A stretch of 34,539 bases of DNA from an uncultured Dehalococcoidia bacterium. GTDB taxonomy: Bacteria > Chloroflexota > Dehalococcoidia > UBA2247 > RBG-13-53-26. Both the position numbers and the translations under genes were made by a program. Under the pieces are notes generated by a model. That model worked only from the letters and a program-made list of their open reading frames with translations, made no database searches and had not been told where the DNA came from. The DNA is taken from NCBI GenBank assembly GCA_964457045.1, contig CAYWDP010000003.1, forward strand, positions 1 to 34,539, in the 5' to 3' direction. This document shows positions 1-8,899 of the stretch, piece after piece (the first letter of the stretch is position 1; each line of letters starts with the position of its first letter).

Positions 1-7
1 TGTCTAG

Positions 8-82
8 TGGTGGAGCTGGGGGGACTCGAACCCCCGACCTTGTGACTGCCAGTCACACGTTCTCCCTCTAAACTACAGCCCC
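8..82 (-). tRNA. tRNA-Ala, anticodon GGC, 3' CCA encoded
   Basis: The reverse complement folds as a cloverleaf. Acceptor GGGGCTG/CAGCTCC carries the G3:U70 alanine identity pair. D stem GTTT/GAAC; anticodon stem TGTGA/TCACA with loop CTGGCAG; T arm GGGGG-TTCGAGT-CCCCC; discriminator A plus CCA. Confidence 0.9.
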
Positions 83-127
83 GAGCTATCTTAATTTACC
101 AGAAAAGGATGCTCCAGGCAAGAGCTT

Positions 128-156
128 ATTCAAACAGACCCTGATTTTGCTATAAT
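128..156 (+). promoter_or_regulatory. Putative sigma70 promoter of sppA (extended -10)
   Basis: TGCTATAAT at 148-156 is a perfect extended -10. The -35 region near 128-133 is weak. It lies 44 nt upstream of the sppA ATG. Confidence 0.4.
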
Positions 157-199
157 GGCAGAAACGGAGTTCACCGTAGTAAGGAGAGAGGGATAGATA

Positions 200-1003
200 A
201 TGGGAATTTCATTGCCTTTTGGGGGAAGAATAGGGGTCTTGGAGCTGTTCGGTCCCATCATGGGATCCCGCAAGCTGGCAGGTTATGTCAACTCACTTGA
301 TGGCTTAAAGAAAAGCTCAAGGATCAAATCAGTCATCATCAATATCGACTCCACGGGAGGCTTGGCTACTGCTTCTGACTACCTTTACAGCGCTGTGTAT
401 AAGCTATCGGCTAAGAAGCCAGTAGTAGCCTTTATCAGCGGGGCAGGCGCCTCAGGTGCCTATTTGGTAAGCTGCGCGGCCACAAAAATAGTGGCTCTCC
501 CCACCTCGGTGATCGGTTCTATAGGGGTTCTATCGGTCAGACCAATACTACAAGACCTTTTGCAAAGAGTAGGTGTCCACGTCACGGTCACCAAAAGTGG
601 TCACCTTAAGGATATGGGTGCCCCTTATCGGGATCCAACCGAAGAGGAGAAAAAGAAGGAAAAGGAACTCATCGACAGCTTTCACAGCTATTTTATCAAA
701 GCTGTAGCTAGAGGTAGGCATATTGATGAAGGGATAGTGAAGGAGCTGGCAACAGGGGAGATTTTTCCGGGGGAGAAAGCCAAGGCTTTAGGTCTGGTCG
801 ATGAAGTGGGCGACTTTGATACAGCCCTTGACCTGGCGGCTCAGTTAGGCAAGGTGGCCCGGCGAGTTACCCATGTAAGACCCCGACCCACCTTAATGGA
901 AAGATTGCTCTCCAGTTTCGCCTCTTCCATCGCTGAGGAAACCCTGGCTGAAGTTGAGTCTCTGCTTAGTCGGCAAATATACTATATGTGGCAATATAAA
1001 TGA
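200..1003 (+). CDS. sppA: Signal peptide peptidase SppA-like serine protease (S49 family, 36K type)
   Basis: 267-aa ORF with S49-type motifs (INIDSTGG, FISGAGASGAYLVSCAA, GSIGV). AGGAGA Shine-Dalgarno lies upstream. Confidence 0.85.
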   Translation: MGISLPFGGRIGVLELFGPIMGSRKLAGYVNSLDGLKKSSRIKSVIINIDSTGGLATASDYLYSAVYKLSAKKPVVAFISGAGASGAYLVSCAATKIVALPTSVIGSIGVLSVRPILQDLLQRVGVHVTVTKSGHLKDMGAPYRDPTEEEKKKEKELIDSFHSYFIKAVARGRHIDEGIVKELATGEIFPGEKAKALGLVDEVGDFDTALDLAAQLGKVARRVTHVRPRPTLMERLLSSFASSIAEETLAEVESLLSRQIYYMWQYK

Positions 1004-1043
1004 TCGCATATAGGATGGAGGGAAACTCTAAATATTAATTTCT

Positions 1044-1180
1044 AAATTCTAAACAAATCCAAATATCAAATGCTCAAAATTTATCCTTCCATGCAATCAG
1101 GAGTAACGCTGAGTTAAAGCGAGGCGTCAAAAACTGCTTTGGTCATTTGGACTTTGAACATTGGGTATTGTTTAGAATTT
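1044..1180. repeat. AT-rich inverted-repeat element in the convergent sppA / B-box gap
   Basis: Perfect 13-nt inverted repeat AAATTCTAAACAA (1044-1056) / TTGTTTAGAATTT (1168-1180), 111 nt apart. The 14-mer AAATGCTCAAAATT (1068-1081) recurs at 22954-22967. Confidence 0.6.
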
Positions 1181-1262
1181 CGTGCTTTGGATTTGGTGCT
1201 TAATCAGGGTTTATGCGGCAACTATTTAATGCGTTTTATATACCTTGGCTGAAGCCTATATC

Positions 1263-1739
1263 CTAGCGCAGGCGGCCGACAGCCACAAAGATGCCTACTG
1301 CCAGCATCAGGAGCCCATATAAGTGTTCCCGCAAATCAGGTGAAAAGATGAGAATGCTTACAAGATAGGCTAAGGCTACACTCAAACCACCGATAACTTG
1401 TAACCATCTACCACGCCGGCGATTGACTGAAAGGCTGATTAGTTCTCCTATAGCGTAGCCTACACCAGCCGCCAAGAAAAGACTGATGAAAAAGAAAGGT
1501 ATAATATCCCAGAGCCATCCCCAAGCGAAACCTATTGCGATAGCAAGCCCTAACCCCACCCCTACAGCCTTGAGATATTGTTGAGGGGCGATCTCATAGG
1601 TAGGTAGACGTCTGAGGCCAGCACACTTTCGGCAGCGAGCCCCTACAGGGGTCTGCACCAAACACCTGGGGCAGATAGGGGTGTCACATCTGCCACAGGT
1701 TAGATTGGTCTCTACCTCAGGATGTGTGGCACATTTCAT
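1263..1739 (-). CDS. B-box-type zinc-finger protein fused to a ~4-TM membrane domain
   Basis: N-terminus MKCATHPEVETNLTCGRCDTPICPRCLVQTPVGARCRKC has a Cys/His B-box-like pattern, followed by hydrophobic helices. The ORF is open to a TTG at 1787, but that start would overlap the PHP gene by 38 nt. The ATG at 1739 is preferred. Confidence 0.7.
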   Translation of the reverse strand: MKCATHPEVETNLTCGRCDTPICPRCLVQTPVGARCRKCAGLRRLPTYEIAPQQYLKAVGVGLGLAIAIGFAWGWLWDIIPFFFISLFLAAGVGYAIGELISLSVNRRRGRWLQVIGGLSVALAYLVSILIFSPDLREHLYGLLMLAVGIFVAVGRLR

Positions 1740-1749
1740 TAGCAAAGCT

Positions 1750-2592
1750 TTATCGACTGAACACTGCTCTCTGCCCGGCAAGGGCAAAAAGCTGCTTTAG
1801 GCACTCAAAGGGGACTATCACTCCACCCAATGTGGTCTCGCTAACACCCTCCAGCCCATGATAATCGCTTCCTCCGGAAGCAATGAGACCATACTTGTGA
1901 GCCAAAGAGGCAAGGTATTTTACCAATTTAGATTGATAGCCATTATAGTAAGCCTCAATACCTACCAGCCCTACCTTTTGGAGCCGTGGGATAAGCTCCT
2001 CCAAGTGGTCAATGTCAGCCGGGTGGGCGAGCACCGGCAAACCACCCGTCTTCACCACCAATTCCACTGCCTGCTCAGGTGTCATTTTTTTTCGCTCTAC
2101 ATAAGCTGGTCCTTCCCGACTAATATACTTAACGAAGGCTTCCTTAGGAGAGGAGACATAACCCCGTTCAAGAATAGCCTGAGCAATATGAGGTCTTCCT
2201 ATAGAACCATCCCCAGCTATCTCCTGAACCCTCTCCCACTCAATATGGATGCCCAAATTGGCTAATTTAGCTAGCATCCTTTGAGCCCGCAACCGTCGTG
2301 AACTGCGAAGCCCCTCCAACGTGCTTATTAGCTCAGGGTCGCGGTAATTTATGAAATAACCTAAAATATGAACCTCACCATGAGGAACATCAGTGCTGAC
2401 CTCCACACCGGGGATAACCTTAAGGCTGGGGAATTCCTGGGCTGCTAGCAATGCAGGGGGCACTCCTTCTACAGAGTCATGGTCAGTAATAGCGATAGCC
2501 TCCAACCCCGAGCTGGCTGCCATGCTTACCAGCTCTTGAGGACTAAAGCGCCCGTCTGAAGCAGTGCTATGGAGGTGGAGGTCAATCTTCAT
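1750..2592 (-). CDS. PHP-domain metal-dependent phosphoesterase (TrpH/YciV-like)
   Basis: 280-aa ORF starting MKIDLHLHSTASDG, with ITDHD and a C-terminal GGSDYHG PHP motif. Confidence 0.85.
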   Translation of the reverse strand: MKIDLHLHSTASDGRFSPQELVSMAASSGLEAIAITDHDSVEGVPPALLAAQEFPSLKVIPGVEVSTDVPHGEVHILGYFINYRDPELISTLEGLRSSRRLRAQRMLAKLANLGIHIEWERVQEIAGDGSIGRPHIAQAILERGYVSSPKEAFVKYISREGPAYVERKKMTPEQAVELVVKTGGLPVLAHPADIDHLEELIPRLQKVGLVGIEAYYNGYQSKLVKYLASLAHKYGLIASGGSDYHGLEGVSETTLGGVIVPFECLKQLFALAGQRAVFSR

Positions 2593-3362
2593 GGCTTACT
2601 TTCTTCTCTATCAATGCGAGTAATGCTTATTGCTCTCCCCGTGCTTTGCTCTACCTCCACCAATACCGAATTGAAAAGTGTAGGCCCTTCCCCTACAGAT
2701 AATCGATGCGGCATCTGGGTAAGGAAGCGATGGATTACCGCCTTAGCATCATCACCGATAACCGAGTCAGTGGGGCCTACCATACCTACGTCAGTGACGA
2801 AAGCCGTTCCACGAGGCAAGATGCGTGCGTCGATAGTCCCCACATGGGTATGAGTCCCCAACACGGCACTAACCCTCCCATCGAGGTAACGCCCTAGGGC
2901 ATTCTTCTCCGAGGTTGCCTCAGCATGGAAGTCAACAACAATAGCCGCAGGCTCCTCTTGAAGTCCTTCCAACAACTGATCCATCGCCCTAAAGGGGCAA
3001 TCGGCATCGCCCATAAAGGTGCGTCCTGCCAAATTAACCACCAAAACTTTTCCCCACCACAAGCAGCCTCGACCAGGGACATAGGGGGAGTAGTTTAGTG
3101 GGCGCAGAATGGGTAACTCACCATCAAGATAGGGGATAATCTCCTTTTGTGCCCAGATATGATTACCAGAAGTCAAGACGTCAACACCAGATTGAAGAAG
3201 CTCTTCCGCCGTTGCTGGGGTTAAGCCCTTCCCACCAGCAGCGTTCTCAGCGTTAGCAATAACTAAATCCAACCGGAAATCATAGCGCAGGCCTGGCACC
3301 AAGCTACGCATCGCTCTTCTGCCAGGCCTGCCAATGACATCGCCAGCCATTAGTACCCGCAA
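2589..3362 (-). CDS. ymdB: YmdB-type metallophosphoesterase (TIGR00282 family, 2',3'-cyclic-nucleotide phosphodiesterase-like)
   Basis: 257 aa. N-terminus MRVLMAGDVIGRPGR, NAENAAGGKG and GNHIW motifs. It sits directly downstream of rny, as in Bacillus. 4-nt overlap with the PHP gene. Confidence 0.85.
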   Translation of the reverse strand: MRVLMAGDVIGRPGRRAMRSLVPGLRYDFRLDLVIANAENAAGGKGLTPATAEELLQSGVDVLTSGNHIWAQKEIIPYLDGELPILRPLNYSPYVPGRGCLWWGKVLVVNLAGRTFMGDADCPFRAMDQLLEGLQEEPAAIVVDFHAEATSEKNALGRYLDGRVSAVLGTHTHVGTIDARILPRGTAFVTDVGMVGPTDSVIGDDAKAVIHRFLTQMPHRLSVGEGPTLFNSVLVEVEQSTGRAISITRIDREESKP

Positions 3363-3378
3363 TGGTTTTCCAGAATCT

Positions 3379-4902
3379 CTATTTTGCGTAGTCTACCGCC
3401 CTCGTCTCCCTAATGACGGTAACCTTAATTTGACCCGGATAGTTCAGACTTTCTTCTACTTTCTTTACAATGTCACGGGCAAGCCTCATTGCCTCAAGGT
3501 CATCAATCTCCTCTGGTTTAACCATAATGCGGATTTCCCTGCCAGCCTGTATTGCGTAGGACTTCTCCACCCCCGGGAAGCTATTAGCTATACTTTCCAG
3601 GGCTTCTAAGTGCTTAAGGTATTGCTCCAGTGATTCACGCCTTGCCCCAGGCCTTGCCCCACTGATAGCATCGGCAGCGGAAACAAGGAAGCCCTCTGCA
3701 GTGGTCATCTCTACTTCTCCATGGTGCTCAGCAATAGCCTTAGCTACTTCTGGAGACCTCTCCCATTGCTTAACAATCTCAGCACCGACCAGAGCATGAG
3801 GCCCCTCTGCTTCGAAATCCACTGCCTTGCCAATATCATGAAGCAGCCCCGCCTTCCTGGCAATGTCAGCCCTAGCCCCTGTTTCAGCAGCCATCATACC
3901 AGCGAGAAGAGCAACCTCTACACTATGCGCCAGGACATTCTGCCCATAGCTAAAGCGGTATTTAAGCCGCCCCAGTAACTTGACCAGCTCTGGGGGCAAA
4001 CCGTGTACTTCGGCCTTGCTCGCCGCTTGCTCCCCCTCAGCTCGGATAGTTGCCTCTACCTCATCTCTTGCTCTTTGCACCATCTCCTCGATCCGAGCAG
4101 GATGAATTCGACCATCGAGGATAAGCCTTTCCAAGGCAATACGAGCAATCTCCCGACGCACCGGATCAAAGCAAGAGAGAGTAACCGCTTCAGGGGTATC
4201 GTCGATGATTAAGTCCACTCCAGTAGCGTGTTCCAGGGCTCTAATATTACGCCCCTCGCGTCCAATGAGGCGTCCCTTCATCTCATCGTTAGGGAGAGGA
4301 ACAACTGATACAGTGCTCTCGGTTACTACTTCGGCAGCACAGCGCTGGATAGCTTGAACCAAGATGTCTCGAGTTTTCTTATCGCTTTCCTCTCTTATCC
4401 TGGCTTCCATCTCCCGCACGCGTCGCGAGGCTTCTTCCTGAATCTCACTCTCCACCCGCTGAAGCAGGAGTTCCTTTGCCTCGGCAGAAGACATGCTGGC
4501 AATCAGCTCCAATTGACGCTGTTGCTTCCCTCTCATCTCTTCTACCCGAGCCTGCATCTTCTCTAACTCCTTCTCCTTGGCAGAGACGTTATGCTCACGG
4601 CGCTGAAGGGCTCCATCCCTGTGCTCCAGGTTATCCTCTCTTTGTGCCAAACGCCTTTCCAGCCGTTGTAGCTCAGCCCGGTGCTCACGGTAACTGGCTT
4701 CTGCCTCGGCTTTTATGTTGACGGCTGCCTCCTTGGCCTCGAGAAGAATAGCCTTTTGCTGCTCCTTCGCCTCAGCAAGAAGCTTCTTGGTTCCCTCCTC
4801 CGCCAAGCGAAGCTTGCGGCTGGCTATCATCTGCCTGGTAAAGTACACAATCACACCCCCAAAGATGAAGCAAGCCAAGCCAATTATTAAATTTAAAATC
4901 AC
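3379..4902 (-). CDS. rny: Ribonuclease Y
   Basis: 507 aa with an N-terminal TM helix, a long coiled coil, a KH region ([15 protein letters not shown]) and an HD domain (LLHDIGKA). GTG start preceded by GAGAGGTGA. Confidence 0.93.
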   Translation of the reverse strand: MILNLIIGLACFIFGGVIVYFTRQMIASRKLRLAEEGTKKLLAEAKEQQKAILLEAKEAAVNIKAEAEASYREHRAELQRLERRLAQREDNLEHRDGALQRREHNVSAKEKELEKMQARVEEMRGKQQRQLELIASMSSAEAKELLLQRVESEIQEEASRRVREMEARIREESDKKTRDILVQAIQRCAAEVVTESTVSVVPLPNDEMKGRLIGREGRNIRALEHATGVDLIIDDTPEAVTLSCFDPVRREIARIALERLILDGRIHPARIEEMVQRARDEVEATIRAEGEQAASKAEVHGLPPELVKLLGRLKYRFSYGQNVLAHSVEVALLAGMMAAETGARADIARKAGLLHDIGKAVDFEAEGPHALVGAEIVKQWERSPEVAKAIAEHHGEVEMTTAEGFLVSAADAISGARPGARRESLEQYLKHLEALESIANSFPGVEKSYAIQAGREIRIMVKPEEIDDLEAMRLARDIVKKVEESLNYPGQIKVTVIRETRAVDYAK

Positions 4903-4948
4903 TTCACCTCTCTTTCTATCTGAAGCTTTCCAGGCTGGGGGTAGCCTA

Positions 4949-4978
4949 CTCTAAGTTTATATTAATCCGTTTCCAAGC
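4949..4978 (-). promoter_or_regulatory. Putative sigma70 promoter of the rny operon
   Basis: The minus strand reads TTGACA (4978-4973), a 17-nt spacer, then TTAATA (4955-4950). It lies ~47 nt upstream of the rny GTG. Confidence 0.5.
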
Positions 4979-5003
4979 TCGATGTCAAGGAATACCTTGA
5001 TTG

Positions 5004-6161
5004 CTAGAGCATTACCAGGTTGTTTCGATGTACTACCTCAGCACCATATTCATAGCCTAAGAGAGACATAATCTCTTCAGAGTGGGCACCCTTGATAACC
5101 TCAATGTCAGCAGAACTGTAATTTGATATCCCGCAGGCAATACGGCTACCTTGCAAATCAACTACATCAATTACATCACCACGGTGGAATCCCTTTTTCA
5201 CCTCTTTAATCCCGGCAGGCAGCAAGCTCCCCTTTCCCTTCTTAAGAGCCATCGCTGCCCCGGCATCAATAACGACCCTTCCCCGAGAGGCAAGCCCACT
5301 AACCATCCACCGCTGGCGACTCTCTAATTTGGTAATCATCGAGGGGAAGAAGGTGCCAAGGGGTTCACCCTGAACTAGTCTGGGGATTATCTCAGGCTGC
5401 CTCCCATCAGCAATGACTACAGCTACCCCTGAACTGGTAGCTAACTTTGCCGCTTCGACCTTAGTCCCCATCCCACCTGTGCCCTGGCGGCTATCTGTCC
5501 CCCCAGCCAAGTGCTCAATATAAGCATCGATCTTCTCCACCTTTGGGATCAGCTTGGCTTGCGGGTCAAGGTGAGGGTCTGCCGTATAAAGTCCAGCCAC
5601 ATCGCCAAGCAACATCAGAAGGTCAGCATCCACCAGGTTAGCCACCATGGCAGAAAGGTTATCATTGTCGCCAAATTTAGCTTCCTTAATCTCGTCAATA
5701 GCCACTACATCGTTCTCATTGACAACAGGCACCACCCTTAAGTCCAGCAACGTCAGCAGAGTGTTACGAGCATTAAGATAACCAGCGCGGTCAGACATAT
5801 CTGCTTTAGTAAGCAAAGCTTGGGCGACAACAATGCCATGCTTGGCGAAGAGTTGCTCATAGGTGTGCATCAGGCGACTCTGCCCTACTGCAGCAAGGAC
5901 TTGTCTAAAGGGGACATCCTTACGCTCCCTGACAAGCCCCAGCTTATCTCTGCCAGCGGCTATCGCCCCTGAAGAGACAAGAATTATCTCTAGCCCTTGT
6001 TGATGCAACTGGACTACCTGATCTACCAGGCTTGTCATTGTCTCCAAGTTAAGGTGCCCAACTCCACCAGTAAGCAGGTTAGTGCCTAACTTGACTACAA
6101 GACGATGATAACGGAAGGCTTTTTGAGATGAGCCGAACCCCGTAGTTCCCAGCCTTGCCAT
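5004..6161 (-). CDS. proB: Glutamate 5-kinase with C-terminal PUA domain
   Basis: VVKLGTNLLT N-terminus, amino-acid-kinase fold motifs and a PUA-like C-terminus. The ORF is open to a TTG at 6167. The ATG at 6161 has better spacing from the AAGGA SD. Confidence 0.9.
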   Translation of the reverse strand: MARLGTTGFGSSQKAFRYHRLVVKLGTNLLTGGVGHLNLETMTSLVDQVVQLHQQGLEIILVSSGAIAAGRDKLGLVRERKDVPFRQVLAAVGQSRLMHTYEQLFAKHGIVVAQALLTKADMSDRAGYLNARNTLLTLLDLRVVPVVNENDVVAIDEIKEAKFGDNDNLSAMVANLVDADLLMLLGDVAGLYTADPHLDPQAKLIPKVEKIDAYIEHLAGGTDSRQGTGGMGTKVEAAKLATSSGVAVVIADGRQPEIIPRLVQGEPLGTFFPSMITKLESRQRWMVSGLASRGRVVIDAGAAMALKKGKGSLLPAGIKEVKKGFHRGDVIDVVDLQGSRIACGISNYSSADIEVIKGAHSEEIMSLLGYEYGAEVVHRNNLVML

Positions 6162-6250
6162 GCTCAAATTCCTTTCAAACCTGCCTAAATTATATCATAC
6201 CTATACTTCTCCCCATTAATACTAAATACCCGTAGGCACGAAGGCCTTTA

Positions 6251-6386
6251 CTGTCATTGCGAGGAGCACTGACGACGAAGCAATCTCAAGAGCAATTGCG
6301 GGAGATTGCTTCGCGGAGCCTGTCCTGAGCGCTGTGAGATTCTTCGCTACGCTCAGAATGACAGGAAGCGAAGGGTTCGCAATGAC
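6251..6386. repeat. Composite nested inverted-repeat element (GTCATTGCGA...CGAAGCAATCTC type)
   Basis: Three nested arm pairs: GTCATTGCGA 6253-6262 with TCGCAATGAC 6377-6386; CGAAGCAATCTC 6276-6287 with GAGATTGCTTCG 6302-6313; CTGAGCG 6325-6331 with CGCTCAG 6350-6356. A degenerate second copy of GAGATT(C)TTCGC lies at 6336-6347. Confidence 0.75.
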
Positions 6387-6421
6387 GGTTTGAGTTGCTA
6401 AATGCCCTCTTGGCACTACGT

Positions 6422-6451
6422 TTGCCTCAAGGTAAAGCTATTTGATATAAT
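6422..6451 (+). promoter_or_regulatory. Putative sigma70 promoter of nnr-coaX-coaBC
   Basis: TTGCCT (6422-6427), an 18-nt spacer, then extended -10 TGATATAAT (6443-6451). Confidence 0.5.
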
Positions 6452-6504
6452 TGACGGAAACTAGTCTGCGTCACTCTTGCTGCCTCCGCAATAGGAGAAA
6501 CACT

Positions 6505-8082
6505 TTGAAGATCGTTACCAGCGACCAGATGCGCGAGATTGAGCAGCGTGCTGCTGCCATAGGTTTACCTCTCGAAGTACTAATGGAGAATGCTGGATTA
6601 GCAGTAGCTCAGGAGGTAAGAAAGTGGCTGGGAGATATCGCCGGACGCCATATCTTGATCCTGATAGGACCGGGAAACAATGGTGGAGATGGCCTAGTTG
6701 CTGCTCGCCACCTCCACGATTGGGGGGCTGATGTTCATCTCTACCTCCCAAAACCAAGGGCAGATTCAGATACTAATTACCAGCTTACTCAACAGCGAGG
6801 TATTCATACTATTGTAGCTGGTCAAGGTGATAGTCTGACCGCCCTGGGTAGCTTGCTCCCCTCGGTAGAGGTAGTCATTGACGCTTTATTCGGCACTGGC
6901 AAGACAAGACCTGTGCAAGGTGCTTTCAAGCAAGTATTGATGAAGGTAAGAGAGGCAAAGGAAAGGGACGCTAATTTTCAAATCGTCGCTCTAGACCTCC
7001 CTTCAGGGCTTGATGCCGATACCGGGGCAGCGGATGCTGCTTGCCTTCCGGCTAATATTACCATCACCCTGGCTTATCCAAAGCAGGGGCTATTTGCTTT
7101 CCCTGGTGCCACTAAGGTTGGCAAGCTGATTGTGGCTGATATTGGTATACCAGCCAGGCTGGCTGAGGACATCTCCACTGAGGTTATCACCGCCAAGGAG
7201 ATAAGGGCACTACTTCCAGAGCGCCCGCCAAATGCTAATAAGGGAACCTTTGGCAGGGTTCTGGTCACCGGAGGCTCAATTAACTACATTGGTGCTGTCT
7301 ATCTTGCCTGCGCTGCTGCTACTAGAGTAGGAGCAGGGTTAGTAACCCTAGCTACTGCTCGCAGCCTCCAACCTATCCTAGCCTCTAAATTAACCGAGGT
7401 GACCTATGCTCCGCTGCCAGAATCGGAGCCTGGAATTGTAGCGGCTAACGGTGTTAAAGCTCTCCAACCCTGGTTGGCCAGTTACGATGTTCTGCTCTTA
7501 GGATGTGGCTCAGGGCAAAGCCCATCTGTAGTGGAGTTCATGAAGTCAATCCTTTTCTCCTCACCAAACCTGCCTGCTTTGGTTCTCGATGCTGACGCCC
7601 TTAACGCTTTGGCTACAATCCCTCAATGGTGGCAGAGATTGACCAGGGATGCTGTGCTCACCCCACATCCTGGAGAGATGTCAAGGCTCACCGGGCTTTC
7701 TATAGATGAAATTCAGTCCAAACGCTTGAGCGTGGTTCGGGAAGCAGCTGCTTCGTGGCAGAAAACAATTGTGCTCAAAGGGGCCTATACCATAGTAGCC
7801 GCCCCCGATGGCAGAACAAGGATTAACCCCATAGCCAACCCAGGGCTAGCTTCGGCTGGCACTGGGGATGTGCTTGCTGGGGCGATTGCCGGACTGGCAG
7901 CTCAAGGGCTCTCCCTTTTCGATGCCGCGGTGGGTGGAGTGTTCCTCCACAGTCAGGCTGGGGAAGCGGTGAAAAGAGAACTGGGCGATGCAGGAATGGT
8001 GGCTAGCGACCTTTTGCCTGTTCTACCTCTGGTTATTAAGAGTTTAAAAAATTCTGAGGGAAAAGATGTTACTAACCATTGA
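6505..8082 (+). CDS. nnr: Bifunctional NAD(P)H-hydrate repair enzyme (epimerase + ADP-dependent dehydratase)
   Basis: YjeF-N (GPGNNGGDG) and YjeF-C carbohydrate-kinase (GTGDVLAG) halves. The TTG at 6505 sits 7 nt after AGGAG. The track start at 6451 overlaps the predicted -10 box. Confidence 0.9.
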   Translation: MKIVTSDQMREIEQRAAAIGLPLEVLMENAGLAVAQEVRKWLGDIAGRHILILIGPGNNGGDGLVAARHLHDWGADVHLYLPKPRADSDTNYQLTQQRGIHTIVAGQGDSLTALGSLLPSVEVVIDALFGTGKTRPVQGAFKQVLMKVREAKERDANFQIVALDLPSGLDADTGAADAACLPANITITLAYPKQGLFAFPGATKVGKLIVADIGIPARLAEDISTEVITAKEIRALLPERPPNANKGTFGRVLVTGGSINYIGAVYLACAAATRVGAGLVTLATARSLQPILASKLTEVTYAPLPESEPGIVAANGVKALQPWLASYDVLLLGCGSGQSPSVVEFMKSILFSSPNLPALVLDADALNALATIPQWWQRLTRDAVLTPHPGEMSRLTGLSIDEIQSKRLSVVREAAASWQKTIVLKGAYTIVAAPDGRTRINPIANPGLASAGTGDVLAGAIAGLAAQGLSLFDAAVGGVFLHSQAGEAVKRELGDAGMVASDLLPVLPLVIKSLKNSEGKDVTNH

Positions 8083-8833
8083 TATTGGAAACTCTAAGAT
8101 CGCTTTTGGAGTTTTTGAGGCCGAAAAGCTACAAACCACTTTATACATTGCCACTGATATCCATCGGCTGGCGGATGAATATGCTTCCTTGCTCTTTAAC
8201 CTGTTGCCCCACCACAATATAGAAAAGGGTGACATAAAGGAAGCTATTATGTGCAGTGTAGTTCCCCCTTTAGTACCTGTTTTCCAGGAGCTGTGTCAAC
8301 GTTATCTTGGGGTTCCTTTGCTGGTAGTTGAGCCAGGGGTTAAGACTGGGGTGCGCATCCGCCTGGATAATCCTCGAGAGGTTGGCGCTGACCGGATAGT
8401 AAATGCGGCTGCCGCCTATCGACTCTACGGCGGACCAGCAGTTGTTATTGACATGGGCACTGCCACTACCTTCGACGTCCTTTCCAAAGAAGGTGATTAC
8501 CTTGGAGGGGCTATTGCCCCTGGTATGGAAATAGCTACCGAAGCCCTCTATACTCGCACAGCAAGGTTACCCCGTATAGAATTGGCTCGCCCCAAAACGG
8601 CTATCGGCAAAAACACTGTCAGTGCTATGCAGTCAGGGGTTATCTTTGGCTATACTGGGCTCGTTGAAAGCCTGGTAGCTCGCCTTACCCAGGAGTTGGG
8701 AGGGAGGGCAAAAATAATTGCCACTGGTAGCTATGCTGGGGTTATCGCCAAGGAGACAGAGGTGATAGAGATAGTAAATCCCCACTTAACCTTGTTCGGA
8801 CTGCAGTTAATTCACGAGTTGAATAAGCCCTAG
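8066..8833 (+). CDS. coaX: Type III pantothenate kinase
   Basis: 255 aa. MLLTIDIGNSKIAFGVF N-terminus, GADR and DMGTATTFD motifs. 17-nt overlap with nnr. Confidence 0.93.
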   Translation: MLLTIDIGNSKIAFGVFEAEKLQTTLYIATDIHRLADEYASLLFNLLPHHNIEKGDIKEAIMCSVVPPLVPVFQELCQRYLGVPLLVVEPGVKTGVRIRLDNPREVGADRIVNAAAAYRLYGGPAVVIDMGTATTFDVLSKEGDYLGGAIAPGMEIATEALYTRTARLPRIELARPKTAIGKNTVSAMQSGVIFGYTGLVESLVARLTQELGGRAKIIATGSYAGVIAKETEVIEIVNPHLTLFGLQLIHELNKP

Positions 8834-8899
8834 TTCAATCAAAAGTCCCCAAGAAAATGCGTGGTATTTTTGGAATGGTTTGGTTAATATGGAGGGAGG

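Noticed and set aside
1740-1787. TTG-initiated 16-codon N-terminal extension of the B-box protein
   Set aside because: It would overlap the PHP gene by 38 nt and has no SD. The B-box Cys pattern begins right after the internal ATG at 1739.
6222-6416. 64-aa minus-strand ORF
   Set aside because: It lies entirely within the nested inverted-repeat element, has no ribosome-binding site, and its sequence is dictated by the repeat arms.
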